From the IMG/VR virus record IMGVR_UViG_3300044983_000106, positions 1 to 49,822 of that record: a DNA stretch of 49,822 nt; one strand, 5' to 3'. The stretch comes from a virus (lineage: Duplodnaviria; Caudoviricetes). This document shows positions 1 to 8,260 of this stretch, in pieces. Made by a program: the position numbers and the translations under genes. The first letter of the stretch is position 1. Every line of letters starts with the position of its first letter. The notes beneath the pieces are model-generated. The model made no database searches, had not been told where the DNA came from, and saw only the letters and a program-made list of their open reading frames with translations.

Positions 1-127
1 TTGGAGGCTAAGTATCTTGGAGCAAATGGAATTGGCCTCCAGACTTCTGCGAGCATCACAACCTCCTAAACCCACCAGCCTTCGGCGCACTCACCACCGG
101 CGGCGGCTTCACCAACCCAAGGGCTGC
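1..127. repeat. 127-bp direct terminal repeat (copy at 49696-49822); circular-assembly overlap
   Basis: Exact identity of both ends; ORF 56..331 and the HNH at 49269..49751 continue across the junction. Confidence 0.95.
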
Positions 128-331
128 TGCGAGGTCGATCGTCTGCGTTGGGGCCTTCGGCTTTCGGCTGCCCTTAGGCGCCTCACGCTGTGCCCGGTAG
201 TTGCGCTGCATGGCGATGATCTTGTCGATGTCCAAGGCACTGAGTTGGAGGGGGTCGCGGGAGATTAGTTCGTCCAGTTCGGATGGGGAGGGTGGTGGGA
301 TGGCTGGGGTGTCGAGGAGGTTATTAGTCAT
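56..331 (-). CDS. hypothetical protein
   Basis: MTNNLL start; stop overlaps the HNH start across the circular junction; C-ending codons like neighbours. Confidence 0.7.
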   Translation of the reverse strand: MTNNLLDTPAIPPPSPSELDELISRDPLQLSALDIDKIIAMQRNYRAQREAPKGSRKPKAPTQTIDLAAALGLVKPPPVVSAPKAGGFRRL

Positions 332-527
332 CGAGGAAGTCTCCCAATGTGAATATGCTACCGGGATCTTTGCGCTTAGGTTCATTCCGCTTTACAACTT
401 CGGAGTGAATGTGCTGCCGCACACGCTCAGTCCACCCTCGGCCGTAGGCCTTTTCAAGCCATAGGCAGTCGGCTTCGTAGAGGTTGAGGGTGACGCGGCG
501 TAGAGGGTCATCGGATCGGACTGGCAT
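324..527 (-). CDS. small putative ribbon-helix-helix DNA-binding protein
   Basis: RRVTLNL strand followed by two predicted helices; coupled operon. Confidence 0.45.
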   Translation of the reverse strand: MPVRSDDPLRRVTLNLYEADCLWLEKAYGRGWTERVRQHIHSEVVKRNEPKRKDPGSIFTLGDFLDD

Positions 528-672
528 CACCAACGACCTCCGCTTCAAGGTCCTTTTGTGCATCAGCTCGAATGGCTTCGATCTCTTCTTCGAGAATTTG
601 GTCAGGAATCTGGGTGCAACGCAGTTGCGGAATGAGATTCTCTATACGGTCAAGTGCTTCTTCTAGGGTCAT
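508..672 (-). CDS. hypothetical acidic protein
   Basis: ATGA overlap with upstream ORF, SD GGAG. Confidence 0.6.
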   Translation of the reverse strand: MTLEEALDRIENLIPQLRCTQIPDQILEEEIEAIRADAQKDLEAEVVGDASPIR

Positions 673-908
673 GCATCCATCTCCACCGATTTCTTGCATA
701 TCCAAATCTCATTCTCGCACGGCGCAGCCGGTTCGAATAGAATGAGTTCACCATATCGTGGGTCTGCGGATGTTTTCTTAGCGGTTCGCAAGGTCATGGC
801 GAAGTACTTTCGACTGACGCCGGAGATGGTGAAGGCAATGCCGATCTCTTGATCTAGGGCGTGGTCGAGGAGGAAGAGGTAGGTGAGGGGAGAAGGGCGT
901 GGGGCCAT
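669..908 (-). CDS. hypothetical protein
   Basis: TAATG coupling with upstream ORF. Confidence 0.65.
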   Translation of the reverse strand: MAPRPSPLTYLFLLDHALDQEIGIAFTISGVSRKYFAMTLRTAKKTSADPRYGELILFEPAAPCENEIWICKKSVEMDA

Positions 909-1300
909 TAGTCTTGTCCTAAGTTGCCGGTTTGATCCTCAATCAGGTGAACTTCGGCTCCTGTTGTATCAATCAACTCCCCGACCTCGCTCAGCCCCTC
1001 GATATGGAGAATCTGAGCGCTGCGTGGGGTGATGTAGAGCCAGAACAGTCCGTCTTCGTCTTTGATGATTTGAAGAACGTAATCGTCATAGGCCGAGGCG
1101 CCATGCATTGGGTACCCGGCTTCGTACATATCGGCGTTGGCCCTGCGGTCGAGGTTGCGGTAGTAGTGCATCCGCTGACGCTTTTGGAAGCAGGCTTCGA
1201 AGGTGCCGAGGCACGCCCGGATGCCTTTGGGATCGGCGCAGGCGCGGAGGAAGAGGTCTTCGCAATCGCGATAGGCGCCAAGGGTAATGGGGAGGCTCAT
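908..1300 (-). CDS. hypothetical protein
   Basis: 130 aa, coupled on both sides. Confidence 0.7.
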   Translation of the reverse strand: MSLPITLGAYRDCEDLFLRACADPKGIRACLGTFEACFQKRQRMHYYRNLDRRANADMYEAGYPMHGASAYDDYVLQIIKDEDGLFWLYITPRSAQILHIEGLSEVGELIDTTGAEVHLIEDQTGNLGQD

Positions 1301-1509
1301 CTATGTGGCCTTGTGTGAAAGAGGAAGTCGAACTTCTGGTTGGTGGGGATGTGAGCGATGTTTAGTTCGATGGTCTTGAACCTATGGCCACACGCTTTGC
1401 ACTTGCGCCAGCGTTGGATGTTTTGGTGGTGGTGTTTGGTTTCAACGACCTTGGTGGAGATGCTTTCGCATCGACCACAGTGAATGGATGGGCGGTATTG
1501 TGTTTTCAT
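1297..1509 (-). CDS. NrdR-N-like zinc-ribbon protein
   Basis: CGRC...TKVVET...RWRKCKACGHRFKTIE matches the NrdR N-terminal zinc ribbon; no ATP-cone. Confidence 0.75.
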   Translation of the reverse strand: MKTQYRPSIHCGRCESISTKVVETKHHHQNIQRWRKCKACGHRFKTIELNIAHIPTNQKFDFLFHTRPHR

Positions 1510-1510
1510 T

Positions 1511-2938
1511 TTACCACCGGATGCATGAGGAGTCCAGCATTGTGAGTTTATTTTGGCTTCGCGTGGTGATTACGTAGGATAGGTTCTTGTCCTGTTCGGT
1601 GTCTTTGCAGAGCCATGGGTCGAGCCAAAAGACATTGTCGAATTCGAGGCCCTTGGACTTGTGGCCGGTGAGGAGTCGGATGGTTCCGGTCTGGGCGAAG
1701 ATATGCTCGGCATAGGAGATGGCTTGGCCTAGGGAGTCGCCGTGTTCACAAAGGACGCGCATGCAGTCGGCGAGGTCATTGGCGGATTTGGAACCTGCAA
1801 CAAGCTTTGTTTCACGCCATTCCTCGATTGCACTCAGGGCCTTCTCACGTGGCATTGTGGAGTCGCCTAACTTTTTTAGAATGCCAACCAAGCGAGGACC
1901 AAGTTCACTCCCCACAACATTAACAGAACGCCCAATGCTGATGAGGTGGAAAGCCAATCGAAGTAAAGGAGCATTATTACGACAGATGATTGTTGCATCA
2001 TCAGCAAAATCACGTCCTTCGTAAGTGGTGACTTCGTTGACACTGCCTCCGACTTTGGTCCACTTAAAGTGTGGCACTCGCCATCTAGCGGCTTCGACGA
2101 TGGCTTGGGGGCATCGAAAGCTAACAGACAGTGGCAGTTCGGACATCGAATAGGTTGATATTGCATTGATCATTCCCCCTGACTTTGCACCACGGAAACC
2201 GTAGATATTTTGGAAAGGATCTCCAACTCCAATGAGATGGCCTTTGACGAGTCGCGCGAGCATTGCGTGATTAACAGGGGATTGGTCTTGGTATTCGTCC
2301 ACCATAACCCGAGGGAATTTAGGGTATGTGCCTCCGAACAGTGCGGGCATATATATCTGATCGTTGAAATCGATAAGACCTCCATATGCAGACTTGATGG
2401 ATTCGAGGAGGATGTCGTCGATGAGTTCGGAGGCGATGTCATTGGGGATCTCGTCCATGGCGTGGTGAAGACCGATTTGGTCAATGAGGCTTTGGTGAGG
2501 GAGTTTGCATCCCCGTGGCACATAGCCAAGGGCCTTGGCCTTCTCAAGACCCTCCATCACCACGTGGTACTCACGCCAAGCGGCAGTGGCTTCGGTCTTG
2601 GTCATGTCATCGACTAGGCGCCGCCAAATGGTTCGGGATTTGGCTTTGTCGAGGACTAGCTTCGTGCTGACATAGCCGGCCCAGATGCCATGGCCACAGG
2701 CGTTGAAGGTTTTGATAGTGGTGGTGGAGCGGAAGCCTTCGGAGGCTTTGGCTTCGTCGGCGTTGCGTTTGTTGAACACCAAGTAGAGCGCTGGGTGGAT
2801 CTTTGAAGCCTTATCGATCATCTTGAGTGTGGCGGATTTGCCGGTGCCGGCTAGGGCGTTGAGCATGAGGTTGGGGTGTGAGGCTTGAGCACAATGTTCG
2901 ATTGCACTCTGTTGTTCTTCAGTCGGAGTTTGGGTCAT
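1511..2938 (-). CDS. UvrD/REP-like SF1 DNA helicase
   Basis: ALAGTGKS, VDEYQD, VGDPFQNIYGFRGA, SFRCP, HKSKGLEF, YVITTR motifs. Confidence 0.92.
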   Translation of the reverse strand: MTQTPTEEQQSAIEHCAQASHPNLMLNALAGTGKSATLKMIDKASKIHPALYLVFNKRNADEAKASEGFRSTTTIKTFNACGHGIWAGYVSTKLVLDKAKSRTIWRRLVDDMTKTEATAAWREYHVVMEGLEKAKALGYVPRGCKLPHQSLIDQIGLHHAMDEIPNDIASELIDDILLESIKSAYGGLIDFNDQIYMPALFGGTYPKFPRVMVDEYQDQSPVNHAMLARLVKGHLIGVGDPFQNIYGFRGAKSGGMINAISTYSMSELPLSVSFRCPQAIVEAARWRVPHFKWTKVGGSVNEVTTYEGRDFADDATIICRNNAPLLRLAFHLISIGRSVNVVGSELGPRLVGILKKLGDSTMPREKALSAIEEWRETKLVAGSKSANDLADCMRVLCEHGDSLGQAISYAEHIFAQTGTIRLLTGHKSKGLEFDNVFWLDPWLCKDTEQDKNLSYVITTRSQNKLTMLDSSCIRW

Positions 2939-3171
2939 CAGTTCATCTTTCGCATCATGATTTCTCGCACTTGCCGCCGAACCATCTGCAACATCTCCCC
3001 AACCCCGTACCAACCCTTGGCCATGAGCTTGGACATGTTGTCATCCTCGGTATTGAAGAAATGGCCGATGACGAGGGCTTGGTTCTGGGCCTCTTCGAGA
3101 TGGTGTTGGAGTTTGCGGTAGGCTTCGTCCTTGGTGGCGACGCCTCCGATGGTTGAGAAGGGTTCAGTCAC
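2938..3171 (-). CDS. hypothetical protein
   Basis: GTG start after GGAGG; TGATG overlap with helicase. Confidence 0.65.
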   Translation of the reverse strand: MTEPFSTIGGVATKDEAYRKLQHHLEEAQNQALVIGHFFNTEDDNMSKLMAKGWYGVGEMLQMVRRQVREIMMRKMN

Positions 3172-3270
3172 CTTTGAACCCTCCCTTGCGATAGCCGCCG
3201 GCAAGAGCCATAGATCTGTGGATCGCGCCAATCAGGACGGGTATCAGGTGGAAGTGATTTTCTTTGGGCA

Positions 3271-3546
3271 TCAGGCAAGCTCTGTTATCAGTCGGTTAAT
3301 GTGATCGAGGGCGAGGCGCAGGTTGCTAAAGAGTTCTTTATCTGTGCCATCATAAGTAATGACACCAAAATGATTTATGATCACAGGTGGATTCACAAGC
3401 TTGTGGATGATCTCTAGCTTTGCCTTCATGAGGTAGCTCATGACCTCGCTTTGCGATGCAGCAACTAGTTGTTCAATCGGTAGTGGAATGTTAATGACAA
3501 CAAGAGTGGCAGCAAGGCCTTTGAATAAGTCACGGCGGTTCATCAT
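3271..3546 (-). CDS. hypothetical protein with twin-arginine-like N-terminus
   Basis: MMNRRDLFKGLAATLVVI; SD AGGAGG. Confidence 0.6.
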   Translation of the reverse strand: MMNRRDLFKGLAATLVVINIPLPIEQLVAASQSEVMSYLMKAKLEIIHKLVNPPVIINHFGVITYDGTDKELFSNLRLALDHINRLITELA

Positions 3547-3860
3547 ATCCTCCTGTCGATCTTCGTCCAACGTGGTGTTATTCCTAAGACCTCAGCTAGA
3601 CTGACCTTGGGCGTTGGGTGGTTGGTGGCGTAGTGGTCTGCCTCGATGTGGAGATGTTCGATCCAACCCTCGGGGATCGCAGGTAGAGGATCGTCAATGG
3701 CTATTGTGTAGAATGGCAAGATGGTGTTACCATCGCGGTCGACCCAATCACCCTGGATGGACTTCGAGACCACAATCCATTCAACCTCGGCCCGGGATGG
3801 CGAGGTCGCGTTGATGCAATAGGCAGCGAGGTAGTAGCCATCGGGGGAGTCAGGCATCAC
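3543..3860 (-). CDS. hypothetical protein
   Basis: Coupled ORF in early operon. Confidence 0.6.
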   Translation of the reverse strand: MMPDSPDGYYLAAYCINATSPSRAEVEWIVVSKSIQGDWVDRDGNTILPFYTIAIDDPLPAIPEGWIEHLHIEADHYATNHPTPKVSLAEVLGITPRWTKIDRRI

Positions 3861-4198
3861 TTAATCCCCAGCTTCTCAAGAACCTTCTTGGCATTCTCCC
3901 GTTGGGCCTCGGTGGTTTCGGCTTTGAGCTTTTCATGCCACCGATCGAGTTTGACTTGGGGTTGGCGTGGGGGGTGAGTGTAGTTTGCAGGTGCCGAAGG
4001 CGTTGGGCGAGGGATTTCGGCTTGGCGTTTCATCAGGACGGCGAGGGCCATCGAGAGGCCACCCTCGGACTTTGGATAGCGAGTGATGTATGGAACGCCA
4101 CCGGCAGTCATTGGCAGGGCCACAAAGATGTTGGTTTCGGTAGCCCAGCACTGAATGGCCCAAGGGGGGATTGGGGAGGTGTCGAGTTTGCCCATCAT
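3857..4198 (-). CDS. hypothetical protein
   Basis: SD GGAG, coupled ORF. Confidence 0.65.
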   Translation of the reverse strand: MMGKLDTSPIPPWAIQCWATETNIFVALPMTAGGVPYITRYPKSEGGLSMALAVLMKRQAEIPRPTPSAPANYTHPPRQPQVKLDRWHEKLKAETTEAQRENAKKVLEKLGIK

Positions 4199-4425
4199 CG
4201 TGTGTCTCCGCCGCAGTATGGACACATGTGGTATTCACTCGGGCTTCTGCCTGTGTCAAAGGCAGTGCCATCGGCATTGAGGATGTTGTCGCAGTTGGCA
4301 CAGCGAGGGAACTTGCACTTAGCCGCTGAAACACAGTTGCAGGTTCCGCTCTGGCAATCTTGCGGTGTAATCACAATCACAACCTTGATTGGGTCTCGGT
4401 AGTTGTCTATGATTGAGCCTTTCAT
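4195..4425 (-). CDS. Cys-rich putative zinc-finger protein
   Basis: CANC...CPYC plus five further Cys. Confidence 0.55.
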   Translation of the reverse strand: MKGSIIDNYRDPIKVVIVITPQDCQSGTCNCVSAAKCKFPRCANCDNILNADGTAFDTGRSPSEYHMCPYCGGDTR

Positions 4426-4814
4426 ATCCGTCTCCATGAATGGCCTTCAGCTGTAGGTGTGGCAACCGCAGGTGGAGTCGAACCACCATCCTCGGAGTCA
4501 AAATCCGATGCACTAGCCATTGTGCTATGCGGTCCAATGGCGATAGCTTCTTCGAGTTCACTGATGGTGACTTGAGCGCCATTAGCATCCACTATCATGT
4601 GCTTATCGAAGTTCCAAAAGAACTCGGTGTCGACCAAGGGTAGCAGGTTGTCTAGCATCTGCCTATGGCGGCAGGTGGGACGAACACCGGCGGGGCATTC
4701 ACATTCATGAGGCGGAATGGCGCCGATGAGATAGGATGACTCCACATCCAGGTCCTTGGTGAACTTGGTTATGCGGTAGTCATCTAGGGCGGTGCGGAGG
4801 TTGTAGAGGGTCAT
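4422..4814 (-). CDS. SWIM-type zinc-finger protein whose 3' part reads through a tRNA
   Basis: CECPAGVRPTCRH (CxC...CxH); ATGA coupling at both ends. Confidence 0.7.
   Translation of the reverse strand: MTLYNLRTALDDYRITKFTKDLDVESSYLIGAIPPHECECPAGVRPTCRHRQMLDNLLPLVDTEFFWNFDKHMIVDANGAQVTISELEEAIAIGPHSTMASASDFDSEDGGSTPPAVATPTAEGHSWRRI
4460..4534 (-). tRNA. trnQ: tRNA-Gln (anticodon UUG) with encoded CCA
   Basis: Acceptor GACCGCA/TGCGGTT, D stem GCAC/GTGC with TGG loop, anticodon arm TCGGA-TT TTG AC-TCCGA, T arm GGTGG-TTCGACT-CCACC, G73, CCA. Confidence 0.9.
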
Positions 4815-4987
4815 ACCATGTCTCCATAACCGCATGGCCTAATCCAAAGCTCATTATCCTTTTCATCGTGTGAAACAGCGAACTTGGGAATGGTCCAACT
4901 GGTTTCGGCATCTTCCAGACGGACTTTGGCGTCCATAGGCGCCTTCAATAGTTCGTCTATTAGCTCACGTACTGTCCACTGTTTCAT
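4811..4987 (-). CDS. hypothetical protein (58 aa, MKQWTVRELIDELLK)
   Basis: Hand-translated; ATGA overlaps both sides; common small phage N-terminal pattern. Confidence 0.7.
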   Translation of the reverse strand: MKQWTVRELIDELLKAPMDAKVRLEDAETSWTIPKFAVSHDEKDNELWIRPCGYGDMV

Positions 4988-5145
4988 AAAAGTTCTCCAT
5001 CATATCGGGACCAATCGTCGGGGTCGAATCTATACTCAATGGCTCTGTATACACATGTGCCCTTGTGGACGTATGTTGTGGCATGAATAGCCTGCCACAG
5101 ATACCAATCAATCACATGGTTGTTGAAGTGGTGGTTGTAGTTCAT
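4984..5145 (-). CDS. hypothetical protein (53 aa)
   Basis: Hand-translated; ATGA overlaps both sides. Confidence 0.55.
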   Translation of the reverse strand: MNYNHHFNNHVIDWYLWQAIHATTYVHKGTCVYRAIEYRFDPDDWSRYDGELL

Positions 5146-5240
5146 GACACACACTGACCCAACAACCAGCCAAGCCCAAGGACAAAGGCCGCGATGGCGG
5201 CCATGCCCCAGATGAAGAAGAAGCCATAGGTGTAGGGCAT
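5142..5240 (-). CDS. small membrane peptide (32 aa)
   Basis: MPYTYGFFFIWGMAAIAAFVLGLGWLLGQCVS; coupled both sides. Confidence 0.55.
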   Translation of the reverse strand: MPYTYGFFFIWGMAAIAAFVLGLGWLLGQCVS

Positions 5241-5494
5241 CAGAGCATTTCCTTAACCGTAGCCGGAATCTTTGGGTCTATGTTCTTTCCGATTGCGTGC
5301 AGTGCCATAGCGAAGCCTGCTGCCACTATAGCACCTCCATTGGGGTCGTCGCCATGGCGTTTCATTGTAGCGCCAGCGGCTAAGAGGATGACGGATGACA
5401 TCTCTTGTACGGCCTCAGCGCCTGCGTCTATGATATCGTTATGGTCTAGAAAGCTCATTGTGAATACTCCTGTAAGTAGCGTGCGTCGGTTCAT
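5240..5494 (-). CDS. hypothetical protein
   Basis: Coupled ORF; alternative start at 5458 after AGGAG. Confidence 0.6.
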   Translation of the reverse strand: MNRRTLLTGVFTMSFLDHNDIIDAGAEAVQEMSSVILLAAGATMKRHGDDPNGGAIVAAGFAMALHAIGKNIDPKIPATVKEML

Positions 5495-5697
5495 GCAGGT
5501 TCCTTCATGACCTTTGAGGCGTGCTTCTTAGCGAAGGCCAAGGCTTTGCCAACGCTGATGTAATGGGCAAAGTATTCAACCACTGAGGGATAGGAGCGAT
5601 TGGCGAACCAGTATTCGTATCGAATGCCGTTCACACTCAGGGTTACGGTGTTGTCGGCTAGGTTGGAGCCGTGATAGAGGATGGAGGTTTTAGTCAT
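5491..5697 (-). CDS. hypothetical protein
   Basis: MTKTSIL start, SD present. Confidence 0.6.
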   Translation of the reverse strand: MTKTSILYHGSNLADNTVTLSVNGIRYEYWFANRSYPSVVEYFAHYISVGKALAFAKKHASKVMKEPA

Positions 5698-5887
5698 TGG
5701 GTTCTTCCACACTCAATAAGTCAAGCCCAAGGCCGAAACGAGTGGGGACCACAGGGTCGGGGAGGGGTCCCCACAAGGCGATCATGGCTGCGCTGCGAGC
5801 ACTGTCGATGCCTAGGCGCGAGCGGATGGTGAGGGTAGTGCCTTCGTTCTTTCGGGATTTGAATGTATAGCGGAGGATTGGGTTCAT
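5690..5887 (-). CDS. hypothetical protein, first gene after promoter
   Basis: SD GGGAG just after the sigma70-like promoter. Confidence 0.65.
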   Translation of the reverse strand: MNPILRYTFKSRKNEGTTLTIRSRLGIDSARSAAMIALWGPLPDPVVPTRFGLGLDLLSVEEPND

Positions 5888-5913
5888 GGATCGGACTCCC
5901 TGATTATGCTACC

Positions 5914-5942
5914 ATAGTACCACAACGCGCAGTCGAAGTCAA
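5914..5942 (-). promoter_or_regulatory. sigma70-type early promoter
   Basis: TTGACT-N17-TACTAT with TG extended -10. Confidence 0.8.
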
Positions 5943-5970
5943 CTCTCATAACATCTGAACACCACTCATG

Positions 5971-6002
5971 AAAAAGCACCCAAGGCCGAAGCCAAGGGTG
6001 CT
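5971..6002 (-). terminator. intrinsic terminator
   Basis: AGCACCC-TT-GGC-TTCG-GCC-TT-GGGTGCT then T run. Confidence 0.8.
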
Positions 6003-6033
6003 GAGGTTGCAACGACCGGGAGATGTCGTTGGG

Positions 6034-6903
6034 TTAGAATGGACTTAGGTCGGACATGGTGGCCTTGGCTTCACGTTCGATGCGGCGTTCGTTCCAAGAG
6101 TACCACTCACGGGTCCAGCGTTCCGAGGGTTCGGGGTCAGTCTGTGTAGTTACTGTAGCACTTGTAACAGGGCTCTCTGAGGCTGATTCCGTGACAGCAA
6201 CAGTCGCGGGCGTAGAGTCCGAGGGCACACTGACGCCTTCATACGAGGTATCCGTAGCAGTCACACTCTGTGGTTCGTCCGCAGTATCGGCATGTGATGT
6301 GGACTGTGGTGGCTCGAATGAGTGTTCGCCAATCGGCAAAGGGTGTACACTCTCACCCTTGGCGGCGCCGTCTGAGGATGCATCGGTAGAGGGAGTGGTG
6401 TCGTGGGAAGCCGAAGGCGGTAAAGGGCTCAAGGGGCCGTCCTGCAAGGGCCATGGATCGGACTTCACCCCTTGAAAAGTGTCTCGGAGTTCAACCCATT
6501 CGCCTGTGAGAGTTTCGATATAGGTTGGCGCAGTGCCTTCGGAGCTTGGCGTTCTGACAGGCTCAGCCACTGGCGTCGGAGGTTCGATGGCTTTCAGCGC
6601 CCCATCAGCTTCTTCCATAGCACGGCGCAGAACGCTTTTGAGAGTGCTGGCAATGTCTTCAGTTTCGAGAAACCGAAGCTCAGCGGCAGTGTTAGCCACC
6701 TCCAAGTCATGGACCTTTTGTTCGAGCAAAGCGGCATAGCGGCGAGAGGCCTCCAAGGACACCTCAAGGTCAGTGTTGCGAAGTTCGTGGTTGGTAATGA
6801 CCTGGAGGTGCTGGCTTAGCTCTGCTTCAAGCTGCGGCACCCGCTCCATCGCCTTGGCCATCTCTACAAGAGAGGCCGCGAAGTTGGTTACTGTGTCGTT
6901 CAT
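6034..6903 (-). CDS. coiled-coil protein with acidic disordered C-terminal half
   Basis: Heptad-rich N-terminus, S/T/P/E-rich tail; SD GGAG. Confidence 0.8.
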   Translation of the reverse strand: MNDTVTNFAASLVEMAKAMERVPQLEAELSQHLQVITNHELRNTDLEVSLEASRRYAALLEQKVHDLEVANTAAELRFLETEDIASTLKSVLRRAMEEADGALKAIEPPTPVAEPVRTPSSEGTAPTYIETLTGEWVELRDTFQGVKSDPWPLQDGPLSPLPPSASHDTTPSTDASSDGAAKGESVHPLPIGEHSFEPPQSTSHADTADEPQSVTATDTSYEGVSVPSDSTPATVAVTESASESPVTSATVTTQTDPEPSERWTREWYSWNERRIEREAKATMSDLSPF

Positions 6904-6987
6904 AGTCGGAAACTCCGTTTGGGTTGCAGTATCCAAGGCATCCTTGACCGCGATGCGGTGCTTATGCCTTGCGTTTGCATTTGAAGG

Positions 6988-7198
6988 CCCCAAGTGATAC
7001 GCAGATTGTCGGGCCTTGCACCGGGTTAAGGCTTGGGGCGGCTCTGTTTCTCACTTGGGGTACACTCAAGGGATGTCCACAGTGATCCTGGGCTATGGCG
7101 TTAAGCAGATCAATCAAGCCGCCTTACTTAGGGCTGACACCCGATATCTTCGTACTCAACTACGCCCGCCTTGCGGGGTTCCCATTACTCACTGTGGA
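6988..7198 (-). ncRNA. putative two-domain pseudoknotted RNA
   Basis: 10-bp stems 7076-7085/7189-7198 and 6988-6997/7051-7060; cross-domain GGCGGCU/AGCCGCC pairing. Confidence 0.65.
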
Positions 7199-7217
7199 TA
7201 CTCTGCCGTCTTAGGCG

Positions 7218-7934
7218 TTAGTGCGCGGTGTGACCCGCATGGCCTTGGGTGGCCTTGGCAGCAATCACTGCCGTCGGCGTTGCCTTAGCCCTCGGGGCAA
7301 CCTTGCCCGCTTGGGTCTTTGACAAGGGCTTGTCAGCCTTTGCCTTGGCGGCCTTGGCTTGCGCCTTGGCTACCAGTTCCGGATCGACCTTCACCAAGCT
7401 CATGATATCCAGCTTGATAGGCGTCTCCGCACGCTTGGCAAGGTTGGCTTCAGCCGTGGTCACAATGGACGGATCGTTCGCAATCAGTGCCTTTGCCGCC
7501 ACGGTGATGTCACTGGCCTTGACCGTGGAGATCTTGATCTTGTTCGCCTTCATGGCGTCCTTGACCAAGTTCCTAGCGAGGCGCATGGCTTCCGTCATGA
7601 CCGCACCAGAGGCTTTCTTCACGGTAACTGCGCCGGTGATCTTGACCTTACCAGCGTACATGTCCTCGACGTTGGCTTCGGCCTTGACCTTGATGGCGCC
7701 GCGGCGTTCGGCTTCGTCGGGGTAGGCTTCTTTGGTGATCTTGGACATTGCCCGTTCGGCGATGACCTTGAGGCCTTGGAGAAGGGCTTCGCGGTATACA
7801 TCGTCGGGAAGAAACCGCACATCCACGTCCACACTGCCCGCGCCGTTCTTCAACGGAATGGCCATGATCTTGTCAGGATCGGGAACGTAGGTGCCGTCGG
7901 CAATGGCCTTGGCGTATTCGCTTAGGTCACTCAT
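7218..7934 (-). CDS. Lys/Ala-rich basic protein, putative nucleic-acid binding
   Basis: 238 aa, AKA-rich tail, strongly biased codons. Confidence 0.8.
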   Translation of the reverse strand: MSDLSEYAKAIADGTYVPDPDKIMAIPLKNGAGSVDVDVRFLPDDVYREALLQGLKVIAERAMSKITKEAYPDEAERRGAIKVKAEANVEDMYAGKVKITGAVTVKKASGAVMTEAMRLARNLVKDAMKANKIKISTVKASDITVAAKALIANDPSIVTTAEANLAKRAETPIKLDIMSLVKVDPELVAKAQAKAAKAKADKPLSKTQAGKVAPRAKATPTAVIAAKATQGHAGHTAH

Positions 7935-8002
7935 AAGTTAGTGCCTCTTGGGTAGAACCACACACTCAAATCCGTTATGAGGGTCGTAAGGGTTAGAGAG
8001 AC

Positions 8003-8230
8003 CTTTAGCACTGCTAGGTTGCACCTGAGTGCAGCCCTGCGGGCACTGTATCGTCTCAATAGAGCCCCTGCCTCCGGCTTTGCTTGGGGTGGTTAATCGT
8101 GCGGGATTGCACGGGAGGATGGGCAAGCTGTATCATCACCTACAGCTTCCGGTCAGAATGCACACTGCTATGCACTGCCCATCCACCGATGCAATCCCTA
8201 AGCGTGCGCTAATCTGCGCCCTCGCTAAAG
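8003..8230 (-). ncRNA. putative large multi-stem RNA
   Basis: Closing CUUUAGC/GCUAAAG; nested GGGAUUGCA/UGCAAUCCC, GGAUGGGCA/UGCCCAUCC, AGCUGUA/UACAGCU; G-U pairs favour the minus strand. Confidence 0.7.
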
Positions 8231-8260
8231 TGCCAATGATGTCAAACAGCCTGAAGATGT

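Noticed and set aside
1-127. Biological direct terminal repeat
   Set aside because: 127 equals a common assembler k-mer and the repeat falls within coupled genes; best read as circular overlap
4460-4534. tRNA as attP of a temperate phage
   Set aside because: No integrase or repressor module recognised; the tRNA is full length
7095-7140. Pistol ribozyme suggested by AGCCCUAAG
   Set aside because: Remaining pistol stems and conserved linker could not be built
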